From assembly GCA_965232515.1 (NCBI GenBank), contig CBDDPY010000002.1, positions 1,696,001-1,760,000 of the forward strand: a stretch of 64,000 bases of DNA, in the 5' to 3' direction. Positions 38,887-47,831 of the stretch are shown here, piece by piece. The notes under the pieces were generated by a model. That model saw only the letters and a list, made by a program, of their open reading frames with translations, did not search any database and had not been told where the DNA came from. The position numbers and the translations under genes are program-made. The stretch is from Alphaproteobacteria bacterium. Its GTDB lineage: Bacteria; Pseudomonadota; Alphaproteobacteria; GCA-2731375. The number at the start of each line of letters is the position of its first letter. Position 1 is the first letter of the stretch.

Positions 38887-39636
38887 ATGCTCAAGAAGCT
38901 CGCTGTTTTCGCCACAATGCTGGCCTGCATTGGTTTGTCTGGCGCCGCCACGGCCCAGCAATCGATCACCGAGACACAACGGGGCGAGATCGAGCAGATC
39001 GTGCGCGAGTATCTGCTGAAGAACCCGGAGGTCCTGCTCGAGGTGATGGAGGAACTCGAGCGGCGCCAGAAGGCGGCCGCCCAGCAGGACAGCCGGCAGC
39101 GAATCCAGCAATACCAGGCCGCCCTGTTCCGGGCGCCGCACGATTTCGTCGCCAATCCGGACGGCGCGGTGCCGGTGGTCGAGTTCTTCGACTATCAGTG
39201 CGGCTTCTGCAAACGCGTGTTCCCATCGATGCTGCGGCTGCAGGCCGAGGGCAAGAATGCCCGCGTGATCTTCAAGGAACTGCCGATCCTGGGCGAGGCC
39301 TCGGTCTATGCCACCCGCGCCGCCTTCGCCGCCAAAAAGCAGGGCCGGTACATGGAAATGCACAATGCCCTAATGGGCGTGAAGGGCCGGTTGGACGAGG
39401 CCACCGTACACCGGCTCGCCGGCGATGTCGGTCTCGACGTCGAACGCCTGCGGCAGGACATGCGGGACCCGGCAATCCAGGAAGCCATCGACGCGAACCT
39501 GGAGCTGGCCCGCGCCCTCGGCATCCGGGGTACGCCCACCATCGTTATCGGCGACACGCTGGTGCCCGGCGCGATCGAATACGACGCCATGGCGCAGCTG
39601 ATCTCGGAAGCCGAATCCAGCTGCATGGTCTGCTAG
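38887..39636 (+). CDS. DsbA/Com1-like periplasmic thiol-disulfide oxidoreductase
   Basis: Signal peptide, EYLLKNPEV, FFDYQCGFCK, GTP cis-Pro motif. Confidence 0.92.
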   Translation: MLKKLAVFATMLACIGLSGAATAQQSITETQRGEIEQIVREYLLKNPEVLLEVMEELERRQKAAAQQDSRQRIQQYQAALFRAPHDFVANPDGAVPVVEFFDYQCGFCKRVFPSMLRLQAEGKNARVIFKELPILGEASVYATRAAFAAKKQGRYMEMHNALMGVKGRLDEATVHRLAGDVGLDVERLRQDMRDPAIQEAIDANLELARALGIRGTPTIVIGDTLVPGAIEYDAMAQLISEAESSCMVC

Positions 39637-39739
39637 CTCCTAACCGCACCGCCACGCCGCGAATACCGGGTCGAAAGCCGGCCGCCGGCCGCGCTATGCT
39701 GCGAGCCGCAATTTACATTGGTTTTCGGGAGGTATCGGC

Positions 39740-40756
39740 ATGCGGGTGATGGAGCTGCGCGACGATTGGGGATTCGAGCATATCGTCGAGGGCGAGCGTG
39801 CCGACCCCTCGCCCGGCCCCGGCCAGGTCTTGCTGCGCATGAAGGCCGCGTCGCTGAACTACCGCGACTATCTGATGGTGCAGCGCGGCTATGGCCGGCG
39901 CAGCGGCGAGCTGCCGCTGATCCCGATCTCAGATGGCGTCGGCGAGGTTGTCGCGGTGGGTGACGGCGTCGGCCGCGTCGCTGTCGGTGACCGTGTCTGC
40001 CCAAGCTTCTCGCAGACCCGCATCAGCGGCCCATTCAAGGAAGACCAATGGACCGGCATCCTGGGCGGTCCGATGGACGGCGTGATGCAAGAGCTGATGC
40101 TGCTCGATGCAGACGGCGTCAGCAAGGTGCCAACGCATCTGACCGACCTCGAGGCCGCGACCTTGCCGTGCGCGGCACTGACAGCCTGGAGCGCCGTGGT
40201 CGTCGAGGGCCATGTGAAGGCCGGCGACGTAGTGCTGGTTCAGGGCACCGGCGGCGTGTCACTGTTCGCGCTCCAGTTCGCGAAGATGCTCGGCGCCGCG
40301 GTGATCGCCACCTCGTCCAGCGACGCGAAGCTGGAGCGCGCGCGGGCGATGGGCGCCGACCATCTGATCAACTACAAGACGACGCCCGAATGGGGCAAGG
40401 CGGCCCGGGCGCTGACCGGCGGCCGCGGCGTCGACCACGTGGTCGAGGTCGGCGGCGCCGGCACGCTGGGGCAATCGATCCGCGCCACCCGACCGTCCGG
40501 CACGATCAGCCTGATCGGCGTGCTGTCGGGCGCGGCGACCGAGCTCAATCTGGCGCTCGTCGTCACCTCGAACATGCGGCTGCAGGGCATCACGGTCGGC
40601 AGCCGCGACGGCTTCGAGGACATGGTCCGGGCGATGGATCTGCACCAGACCCGGCCCGCCGTCGACGACCACGTCTATGCCTTCGACGAGCTGCGCCCGG
40701 CCCTGGAGTCGATGCCCAGCGGCAAGCACTTCGGCAAGATCTGCCTGTCGTTCTAA
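39740..40756 (+). CDS. NAD(P)-dependent medium-chain alcohol dehydrogenase/quinone reductase
   Basis: SLNYRD, LPCAALTAW, GTGGVS, HFGKI. Confidence 0.9.
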   Translation: MRVMELRDDWGFEHIVEGERADPSPGPGQVLLRMKAASLNYRDYLMVQRGYGRRSGELPLIPISDGVGEVVAVGDGVGRVAVGDRVCPSFSQTRISGPFKEDQWTGILGGPMDGVMQELMLLDADGVSKVPTHLTDLEAATLPCAALTAWSAVVVEGHVKAGDVVLVQGTGGVSLFALQFAKMLGAAVIATSSSDAKLERARAMGADHLINYKTTPEWGKAARALTGGRGVDHVVEVGGAGTLGQSIRATRPSGTISLIGVLSGAATELNLALVVTSNMRLQGITVGSRDGFEDMVRAMDLHQTRPAVDDHVYAFDELRPALESMPSGKHFGKICLSF

Positions 40757-40765
40757 GCTGCGTCG

Positions 40766-40850
40766 TGGATTGCCGGGTCAGGCCCGGCAGTGACGGATTG
40801 GGTTTGAATCTCAGTTACGTCGTCATCACCGGGCTTGACCCGGTGATCCA
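40766..40850. repeat. CGTC-tagged REP pair between convergent genes
   Basis: TGGATTGCCGGGTCAGGCCCGGCAGTGACG and CGTCATCACCGGGCTTGACCCGGTGATCCA. Confidence 0.8.
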
Positions 40851-40877
40851 GGGCAATCCGATTTCGGCTTGAGAGAA

Positions 40878-41639
40878 CTAGTTCGTGCCGATGGCGGCGC
40901 CGAGGGTGGGGCCGATTTCGGCGTGCAGCACCAAGTCGGCCACCGGGTCGAGGTCGGTCGGCTCGCGATTGAGAATGACGAGTCTGGCGCCGTTACGCTT
41001 CGCGACCATCGGAAAGCCGGCCGCCGGATAGACCACCAATGACGAACCGATGGCGATAAACAGGTCGCAGGCGAGCGTGTGCGCTTCCGCCGCCTGCATG
41101 GCGTCCGGCGGCATCGGCTGGCCGAACGAGATCGTCGCCGGTTTCACCATCGGGCTGGCGCAGGCCTCGCATTCCGGCAACACGTCGTCGCGCGCGAACG
41201 CTTCCTTGATGGGCGCCAGTTCGTATCGTTGGCCACATTCGAGACAGCTCGCGTAGGTCGCGTTGCCGTGGAGCTCGATCAGCTTGTCTTCGGGCACGCC
41301 GCCGGCCTGATGCAGTCCGTCGACGTTCTGCGTGATCACCGCCGAGACCACGCCGCGCCGAACGAGCTGTGCGATGGCGCGATGGCCGCGGTTCGGCTCC
41401 GCCTTTTGCATGGTCTCGTCGACGGCGATCTTGCGCCGCCAGGTCTCCCGCCGCCAGCGCTCGGAGGCAACGAAATCCTGGTACTCGATGGGCTGGAACT
41501 TGGTCCACATGCCGCCCGGACTGCGGAAGTCGGGGATGCCGGACTCGGTGCTGATGCCGGCGCCGGTAAAGACCACGGCCGACGTGCACGCCTCGATCAT
41601 CTGGCGCAGCTTCGCGGGACCCGTCTCGACTATCGTCAC
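40878..41639 (-). CDS. cobB: Sir2-family NAD-dependent protein deacylase
   Basis: GAGISTESGIPDFR, TQNVDGLH, HG, two CxxC, GSSL.VYPAA. Confidence 0.9.
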   Translation of the reverse strand: MTIVETGPAKLRQMIEACTSAVVFTGAGISTESGIPDFRSPGGMWTKFQPIEYQDFVASERWRRETWRRKIAVDETMQKAEPNRGHRAIAQLVRRGVVSAVITQNVDGLHQAGGVPEDKLIELHGNATYASCLECGQRYELAPIKEAFARDDVLPECEACASPMVKPATISFGQPMPPDAMQAAEAHTLACDLFIAIGSSLVVYPAAGFPMVAKRNGARLVILNREPTDLDPVADLVLHAEIGPTLGAAIGTN

Positions 41640-41814
41640 GTTCCGCCTCCCTCAGTTACGCGACAGCCTGTCCGGCAACGCGGCGCAAGTCAAACCGTGT
41701 TTGTGCAGGTCGATCTTGGGATTAGCGCATTCCTGCGCAAACGCGGGCGCGGCAAACGGCATTTCCCGTATTAGCTCTTACGTTTTGATCGTTTTGTGGG
41801 AAAATTTCCGGGAT

Positions 41815-42294
41815 ATGAGCGATTCGAAACCACCCCGCATCGACGATCTCGATCGTCGTCTGGTTACGTTGGTGCAGGCCGACAGCAGCCTGTCCTACGC
41901 CGAGCTCGGCCGCCATGTCGGGCTGTCGGTATCGGCCGTGAACGAGCGGGTGCGGAAGCTGGAACGGGCCGGCATCATTCGTGGCTATTCCGCGCTGGTC
42001 GATCCGAAGGTCGTCGGCCTCGATCTCTGCGCCTTCGTCCGCGTGACCTTGGCGCAGGCGGGGGACGAAGCGACGTTCTGCGAGCGCGTACAGGCGCGGG
42101 ACGAAGTCATGGAATGTCACCACGTCGCCGGCGACGACGGTTATCTGCTGAAGGTTCGGACGACCGACACGTCGGCACTGGAGAGGCTGATTGCCGAATT
42201 GCTGCAGGATTTGCCCGGGGCGGTCCGCACGCAAACCGGCATCGTGTTCTCGACCGTGAAGGAAACCGGCGCCCTGCCGGCCACGGCTATCTGA
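41815..42294 (+). CDS. Lrp/AsnC family transcriptional regulator
   Basis: IDDLDRR, HTH LGRHVGLS..AV.ERVRKLE, ECHHVAG. Confidence 0.92.
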   Translation: MSDSKPPRIDDLDRRLVTLVQADSSLSYAELGRHVGLSVSAVNERVRKLERAGIIRGYSALVDPKVVGLDLCAFVRVTLAQAGDEATFCERVQARDEVMECHHVAGDDGYLLKVRTTDTSALERLIAELLQDLPGAVRTQTGIVFSTVKETGALPATAI

Positions 42295-42497
42295 GAGGCA
42301 AGCTGTATCGGCATCCGGTTCCTGAAGCACGTCCGAGCGCGGCCGGATTCGCTTCAGAAATGATTGGGTGTTACCCTTTTGTTTCCCTTGTGCTGTAAGC
42401 AACTCTCGGCTGAACGGGGGATATCGGTCGATTTTCCGGCGGGCGGCGCCGAAGCAGGCGCGCCGCGACCAGGAAAAGACGTGGGAGGACCACGGCA

Positions 42498-43370
42498 ATG
42501 ACCACCCTCAAGCGGTTCGCAGGCATGCTTTTCGTCGTCACGACGACGCTTGGATTGAGCGTCACGTCGGCGAAGGCGAACTATTGGAACGTCTTCAACG
42601 ACGAGCAGACGTCGAATATCGCCTCTTTCGTCACCTACGACAGCCTGCTCGACATGCTGAACGATGAAAACCGCACCGGGTCCTTCGCGGCGGACGGGTT
42701 CCTCGACGGCAGCTTCGGCGCCAACATCGTCGGTTCGGGTTCGGACGGCGTGACTTATTGGAACATCTTCAACGCCGAAGAGACGTCGAATATCGCCATA
42801 TTCGTCACCTACGACAGCTTGCTTGACATGCTGAACGACGAAAACCGCACCGGATCGTTTCCGGCCGATGGTTTCCTCGATGGCAGTTTCGGCGCCAACA
42901 TTGTCGGATCGGGCTCGGACGGCACGACCTATTGGAACCTCTTCAACGCCGAAACGACCGCCAATATCGCCAGTTTCATCACCTACGACAGCCTGCTCGA
43001 CATGCTGAACGACGAAAACCGCACCGGGTCCTTCGCGGCGGATGGGTTCCTCGACGGCAGCTTCGGCGCCAACATCGTCGGCTCAGGCTCGGATGGCACG
43101 ACCTATTGGAACCTCTTCAATGCCGAAACGACTTCCAATATCGCCAGTTTCATCACCTACGACAGCCTGCTCGACATGCTGAACGATGAAAACCGCACCG
43201 GGGCCTTCGCGGCGGACGGGTTCCTCGACGGCAGTTTCGGCGCCAATATCGTCGGCACCGGTGCGCTGGTATCCGTCCCCAACATCATTCCGGAACCCGG
43301 CACGTTGCCGATTTTCGTCGTTTGCCTCACCGGTCTCGCGATCGCGGCATGGCGCCGCAAACCGCACTAA
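42498..43370 (+). CDS. PEP-CTERM sorting-domain protein with four 58-aa tandem repeats
   Basis: GGAGG SD; signal peptide ending AKA; C-terminal IPEPGT followed by TM and WRRK. Confidence 0.9.
   Translation: MTTLKRFAGMLFVVTTTLGLSVTSAKANYWNVFNDEQTSNIASFVTYDSLLDMLNDENRTGSFAADGFLDGSFGANIVGSGSDGVTYWNIFNAEETSNIAIFVTYDSLLDMLNDENRTGSFPADGFLDGSFGANIVGSGSDGTTYWNLFNAETTANIASFITYDSLLDMLNDENRTGSFAADGFLDGSFGANIVGSGSDGTTYWNLFNAETTSNIASFITYDSLLDMLNDENRTGAFAADGFLDGSFGANIVGTGALVSVPNIIPEPGTLPIFVVCLTGLAIAAWRRKPH
42582..43266 (+). repeat. Intragenic tandem repeat, 4 x 174 bp
   Basis: TATTGGAAC unit starts at 42582, 42756, 42930 and 43104. Confidence 0.95.
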
Positions 43371-43412
43371 TTCCGTTCGTATCCGCCGCGTCCGGGAGGG
43401 GCGTCCGCGCCG

Positions 43413-44054
43413 CTACTCCGCGTCGGGTTGGACGTCCGGCGCCGCCTTGGCGAAAGCGTCGAGCTGCAGGCAGGCCTCGTTGATCCGTATCACCGTCGGA
43501 TAGGACGACATGTCGGTATCGAAACGCTGGGCATTGTAGACCTGCGGCACCAGGCAGATGTCGGCGATGGTTGGCGCGTCGCCGTGGCAGAACCGGCCGG
43601 TCGCGTCGCTGTCGGCGAGCAGCCGTTCCAGGGCCGTCATGCCCTGACCGATCCAGTGCCGGTACCAGGTGACCCGCGCCTCATCCGAGACGCCGAGCTC
43701 GTTCGTCAGGTAGTTCAGGACCTTGAGATTGTCGATTGGATGGATGTCGCAGGCGACGACCTGGGCGAGCTGCCGCACGCGCGCCCGCGACGCCGCCTCG
43801 TCCGGCAGGATCGGCGGCTGCGGCCGGGTCTCGTCCAGGTACTCCAGGATCGCCAGCGACTGCGACAACGTCACGCCGTCGTCGTCGATGAGCGTCGGCA
43901 GCAGGCCCTGCGGATTGAGCTTGAGGTAGTCCGCTTCCAAGTGCTCGCGCTTGCGCAGATGCAGATAGATCTGCTCGGCCGCCAGGCCCTTGAGGTTGAG
44001 GGCAATGCGCACGCGATAGGCGGCCGAAGAGCGGAAATAGGTGTAGAGCTGCAC
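43413..44054 (-). CDS. maiA: Maleylacetoacetate isomerase (GST zeta class)
   Basis: YFRSSAAYRVRIAL, CDIHP, ADICLVPQ, QPD; GTG start after GGGGGA. Confidence 0.92.
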   Translation of the reverse strand: MQLYTYFRSSAAYRVRIALNLKGLAAEQIYLHLRKREHLEADYLKLNPQGLLPTLIDDDGVTLSQSLAILEYLDETRPQPPILPDEAASRARVRQLAQVVACDIHPIDNLKVLNYLTNELGVSDEARVTWYRHWIGQGMTALERLLADSDATGRFCHGDAPTIADICLVPQVYNAQRFDTDMSSYPTVIRINEACLQLDAFAKAAPDVQPDAE

Positions 44055-44135
44055 GATTACATCCCCCGAGGCCCGATGGTGGTTATTCCGACGAGCGCCA
44101 ACCTTGGCCCGGCGGCGGTGCGATGGCAAGCGGCG

Positions 44136-44954
44136 TCAGGATCGCGGCCAGACCACCGGAAACAGATCGCAGTCCATGACGTCGCCGTGGCCGAGACCGG
44201 GGTCGCTGGTCGGGATCGCCACCTCCCCTTGCCGCACCGCGTAGCGCGCATCGTCGCCGGTCCAGCGTGTCGCCAGCGCCCGCCGCCGTCCCGGCTGTCC
44301 GGCGGTGCCCGGCGCGCCGTGCACGATCATGGCCTGGAACACCAGACAGTCGCCCGGTTCCAGCGCCCAGGTCAGGATGCGGTGCCGGTCGCGCTCGGCG
44401 TCGATGTCCGGCATTGGCGGCAGGCCAGTCCCGGCATAGGGCGAGCCGTCCATGAAATGGTAGGGATTAAACGTCCGGCCCCAGGCGTGGCTGCCGGCGA
44501 CGTACTCGACGCAGGCCGCCTGCGGCACCGGGTCGAACGGCGTCCAGAGCGAGCAGACCTGGCGGCCGTCGACCGCCCAATAGGGCTGATCCTGATGCCA
44601 GGGCGTGCGTTCCGCCGTGCCAGGCTCCTTCACCAGCAGCTGGTCGTAGAAGAAGTTCACCTTGGTCGCGCGCATGATCCGGGCGGCGATCTCGGCCGCC
44701 GGCGATTGGAAGACGAAGCGACGAAAGGCGTCATGCCGCTGCCAGAGGTCGAGATCGCCGAAGAAGCGGCCGTTGCCGCCCTCGGGCGTGTAATCCTCGG
44801 CATGCGGGCCGGGCGCCGCCATGGCGGCATCGACCGCGGCACCCATCTCGGCGATCCAGTCGGCATCGAACATGCCGCGCAGCACCGTCACGCCATCGCG
44901 CTCATAGGCGTCGATATCGGCCTCGGTGACCGCGTTCAAGGGCTCCCGGTTCAT
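44136..44954 (-). CDS. PhyH-family Fe(II)/2OG dioxygenase
   Basis: YERDG, KEPG, WHQDQPYW, HGAPG, RR. Confidence 0.88.
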   Translation of the reverse strand: MNREPLNAVTEADIDAYERDGVTVLRGMFDADWIAEMGAAVDAAMAAPGPHAEDYTPEGGNGRFFGDLDLWQRHDAFRRFVFQSPAAEIAARIMRATKVNFFYDQLLVKEPGTAERTPWHQDQPYWAVDGRQVCSLWTPFDPVPQAACVEYVAGSHAWGRTFNPYHFMDGSPYAGTGLPPMPDIDAERDRHRILTWALEPGDCLVFQAMIVHGAPGTAGQPGRRRALATRWTGDDARYAVRQGEVAIPTSDPGLGHGDVMDCDLFPVVWPRS

Positions 44955-44975
44955 GACGTCATTGTGACTTGCAAC

Positions 44976-44998
44976 ATTAAACCATTTAGTTAAATATA
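44976..44998. promoter_or_regulatory. AT-rich imperfect palindrome TTAAACCATTTAGTTAAAT (putative repressor operator)
   Basis: Between divergent phyH and DUF899 genes; the only AT-rich stretch locally. Confidence 0.4.
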
Positions 44999-45027
44999 AA
45001 TCCGCCACGACGACGACGGAGGACGGC

Positions 45028-45636
45028 ATGGCGGACAGCATCGAAACCCAACTGGCCGAGAAATACCAGGAATTGCAGGCGCTGGAGGCCGAGATCAAAG
45101 GCTTGCAGGCCGAACGCGCGACGATGCCGGTAGAGGACTACGCCCTCACGACATCCGATGGCGATGCCGTGCATCTGTCGGATCTGTTCGGGGACAAGGA
45201 CGATCTGATCCTGATCCACAACATGGGCTTCGGCTGCCCCTACTGCACCATGTGGGCGGACGGCTTCAACGGCATCTACCCCTATGTGCAGACCCGCGCG
45301 GCCTTCGCACTGGCGAGTCCCGCCGCGCCGGAGGCGCAGCGCAAGGGCGCGAAATGGCGCGGCTGGACCTTCCCCATGGTCTCTGCGCAGGGCAGCACGC
45401 TGTTCAAGGACATGGGCTTCGAGACCGACGACGGCGGGCCGATGCCCGGCACCAGCGTCTTCCACCGTGACACAGACGGCAAGATCAGCCGGCGCATGTC
45501 CACCCCCTTCGGCCCCGGCGACCGCTTCTGCAGCGTCTTCAGCTTCCTCGACCTGCTGCCGGAAGACGCCGGCGGCCGCCAGGTCTGGTACGAACCGAAG
45601 GTCCTGATCCCGTCGGCCAAACGCCACCCCGACTAG
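45028..45636 (+). CDS. DUF899 thioredoxin-like protein
   Basis: N-terminal coiled coil, LSDLFG, CPYCTMWADG, GWTFP. Confidence 0.8.
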   Translation: MADSIETQLAEKYQELQALEAEIKGLQAERATMPVEDYALTTSDGDAVHLSDLFGDKDDLILIHNMGFGCPYCTMWADGFNGIYPYVQTRAAFALASPAAPEAQRKGAKWRGWTFPMVSAQGSTLFKDMGFETDDGGPMPGTSVFHRDTDGKISRRMSTPFGPGDRFCSVFSFLDLLPEDAGGRQVWYEPKVLIPSAKRHPD

Positions 45637-46460
45637 GCGGCCCGCCAGACCAACGGGAACATCTCGCAGTCCATGGCGTCGCCCGGCTCCAGGCCGTGGC
45701 CGGTAATGGGCGGGGAGATCTGACCCGGTCGCGCCGCGTAGCGGGCGTCCTCGCCGAGCCAGCGCGTGGCGTAGGCGCGGCGGCGGCGGTCGGACGAAAC
45801 GTTGCCCGGCGCGCCGTGCAGGGTCAGCGCGTGGAAAAAGATGCAGTCGCCCGGCTCCAGCGACCAGCGCAGCAGCTCGTAGGAATCCCGGTCGGCATCG
45901 ATGTCGGGCACCGGTTCCCAGCGCTCGTCCCGGGCGGAGAGCGCGGTGTTGTCCTGATTGAAGAACATCGGCGCGAACCAGCGGCCCCAGCGGTGCGAGC
46001 CGGCGACGTATTCGACGCAAGTCTCTTCCGGCACCGGATCGAGCGGCAGCCAGATCGAGGCGACCATCTCGCCATCAATGGGATAGTACGGTTGGTCGTG
46101 GTGCCAGGGCGTGCGCTCGCGGGTGCCCGGTTCCTTCACCAGCAGGTGGTCGTGATAGAACGTGACCTGGTTGGCGCCCAGCATGCGGGCGGCGATTTGC
46201 GCGGCCGGCGACTCGAAGACGAAACGGCGACAGGCGTCGAAGCGGCGCCAGAGCTGAAAGTCGACGAAGAATTCGCCGGGGCTGCCTTGGGGCGTATTGT
46301 GACGGACCATCGGCCCGGGCGCCGCCTTGTCCTGGTCGACCGCGCCGGCCAGCGCCGCGATCCAATTGGCATCGAACAGGCCGCGCAGGCAGACGGCGCC
46401 GTCGCGCCGGAACGCGGCGACGTCGGCGTCGCTGATCTCGGGCACCGGATGTTCTGACAT
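45633..46460 (-). CDS. PhyH-family Fe(II)/2OG dioxygenase (paralog of 44136-44954)
   Basis: FRRDG, KEPGT, WHHDQPYY, HGAPG. Confidence 0.88.
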   Translation of the reverse strand: MSEHPVPEISDADVAAFRRDGAVCLRGLFDANWIAALAGAVDQDKAAPGPMVRHNTPQGSPGEFFVDFQLWRRFDACRRFVFESPAAQIAARMLGANQVTFYHDHLLVKEPGTRERTPWHHDQPYYPIDGEMVASIWLPLDPVPEETCVEYVAGSHRWGRWFAPMFFNQDNTALSARDERWEPVPDIDADRDSYELLRWSLEPGDCIFFHALTLHGAPGNVSSDRRRRAYATRWLGEDARYAARPGQISPPITGHGLEPGDAMDCEMFPLVWRAA

Positions 46461-47809
46461 CAACTCCCCTTCCCCGCGGACGACGCCGCCGGCAGCATCC
46501 AGACATGGACGGTTTCGGTTCGGCCGCGCAAACGTTGCGGACCGGCCTCGATCAATTCGGCGACCATGTCGCTACCACCCTGGTCGCCCGCAGCCTGAAC
46601 CATGGCATCGCTCGCCGCCAGACGGCAATCGAGTTCCCGCGTCAGTTCCTCGAGCCGGCTCGCCACATTAACGGTGTCGCCAAGGGCCGCGAATTCGAGC
46701 CGCCGTTCCGATCCGACGTCGCCCAGAATGACCTCGCCATAGTGCAGGCCGATCGACAATCGCACGGGCGTCTCGCCGGCCGCGGTGCGCGTCCTGTTCC
46801 AGTCATCAATAGCGGCCAACATGGCCCGGCCGCAGCGCAGCGCATTCGCAGCGTCGCGCGGACCCGCGCGCGGCGTCCCGAACGTCGCCATCACGCCATC
46901 GCCCAGAAACTTGTCCAAGGTGCCGCCATTCTCGAATACGGCCGCCTCCAGGCGGCTGTGCAGTTCGCGCAAGGTGGCGACGACACGGTCCGGCGTGTCG
47001 GTCTCCGCCAGCTTGGTGAAGCCCACCATGTCGGCGAACAGCACCGCGACGGGCTGCGTCCGGACGTCGCCCAGAGGTTCATCCAGCTGCGAGAGCTCGT
47101 CGACGATGTTGGGCGGAAAATGCCGGGCAAGATTCGTCCGCTCGCGTTCGGCCACCGCCTGGCGCGCGACCAGACGTCGGGAACGAACCACCACGCCCGC
47201 CAGCACGCTGGCGACGATGATCAGCAGGACGGCGTCCTGCACCCGCACGCCGATATCGACGAAGGCCGGGTCCAGGTGGAACGCCAGCCGCACCTCGGCG
47301 GGCTCACTGAACGAATAGTCGCTCGACCGCACGCTGCCGGGTCGCGTGGCGAACCAGGCAAGCGCCGCACCCCAGCACGCGGCGCCGACAAACCCGGCCC
47401 AGAGCATCAGCCGCGGCGAATAGCTGAAGGCCACCGCCGCCAACAGCAGGAAGAAATAGACGATGCCGCCGTTGCGCAGCGCCATCTGCGCCGGCCAGTC
47501 CGGCTCGAAGAGCGGAAAGACCGCCAACGTCGCGAAGGTCATCAGGGTCATGTCGAGCGTGATGAAGACGTAACCGACGACCGGGTTGTCGATGCGCAGG
47601 CTGACGAGGTAATGGGCGAACCCAAGCCCGACGAAAACGGCCAGCATGACGGCGATGAAATAGATTCCGGGCGGCGGGACGAGAAAGACCAGCAGCAGGG
47701 CGATGGCGCTGATCGAGATGGCGCGTCCGATCGTGGCCAGCCGCAGGCCCGCGAGCTCCTCGCGCCGGAATGCGTCGGCGAGCCGCGTTTCGCCAGCGGT
47801 ACGGGTCAA
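46460..47809 (-). CDS. Membrane-bound class III adenylate/guanylate cyclase; start uncertain
   Basis: About 6 TM segments; LFADMVGFT, DKFLGDG, GDTVNVASRLE. Confidence 0.88.
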   Translation of the reverse strand: MTRTAGETRLADAFRREELAGLRLATIGRAISISAIALLLVFLVPPPGIYFIAVMLAVFVGLGFAHYLVSLRIDNPVVGYVFITLDMTLMTFATLAVFPLFEPDWPAQMALRNGGIVYFFLLLAAVAFSYSPRLMLWAGFVGAACWGAALAWFATRPGSVRSSDYSFSEPAEVRLAFHLDPAFVDIGVRVQDAVLLIIVASVLAGVVVRSRRLVARQAVAERERTNLARHFPPNIVDELSQLDEPLGDVRTQPVAVLFADMVGFTKLAETDTPDRVVATLRELHSRLEAAVFENGGTLDKFLGDGVMATFGTPRAGPRDAANALRCGRAMLAAIDDWNRTRTAAGETPVRLSIGLHYGEVILGDVGSERRLEFAALGDTVNVASRLEELTRELDCRLAASDAMVQAAGDQGGSDMVAELIEAGPQRLRGRTETVHVWMLPAASSAGKGS

Positions 47810-47831
47810 GCGAGCCGGCCGCGATGCATCA

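Noticed and set aside
40878-41639. Sir2 protein as an anti-phage NADase (Thoeris/DSR type)
   Set aside because: Canonical zinc-binding CobB-type deacylase with no defence partner genes
42582-43266. Possible CRISPR array or DGR template/variable repeats
   Set aside because: In-frame 174-bp coding repeats with mostly synonymous, non-adenine-specific differences; no reverse transcriptase in the window
46460-47809. Cyclase as a Pycsar/CBASS defence system
   Set aside because: Ordinary multi-TM class III architecture and no adjacent cyclic-nucleotide-binding effector
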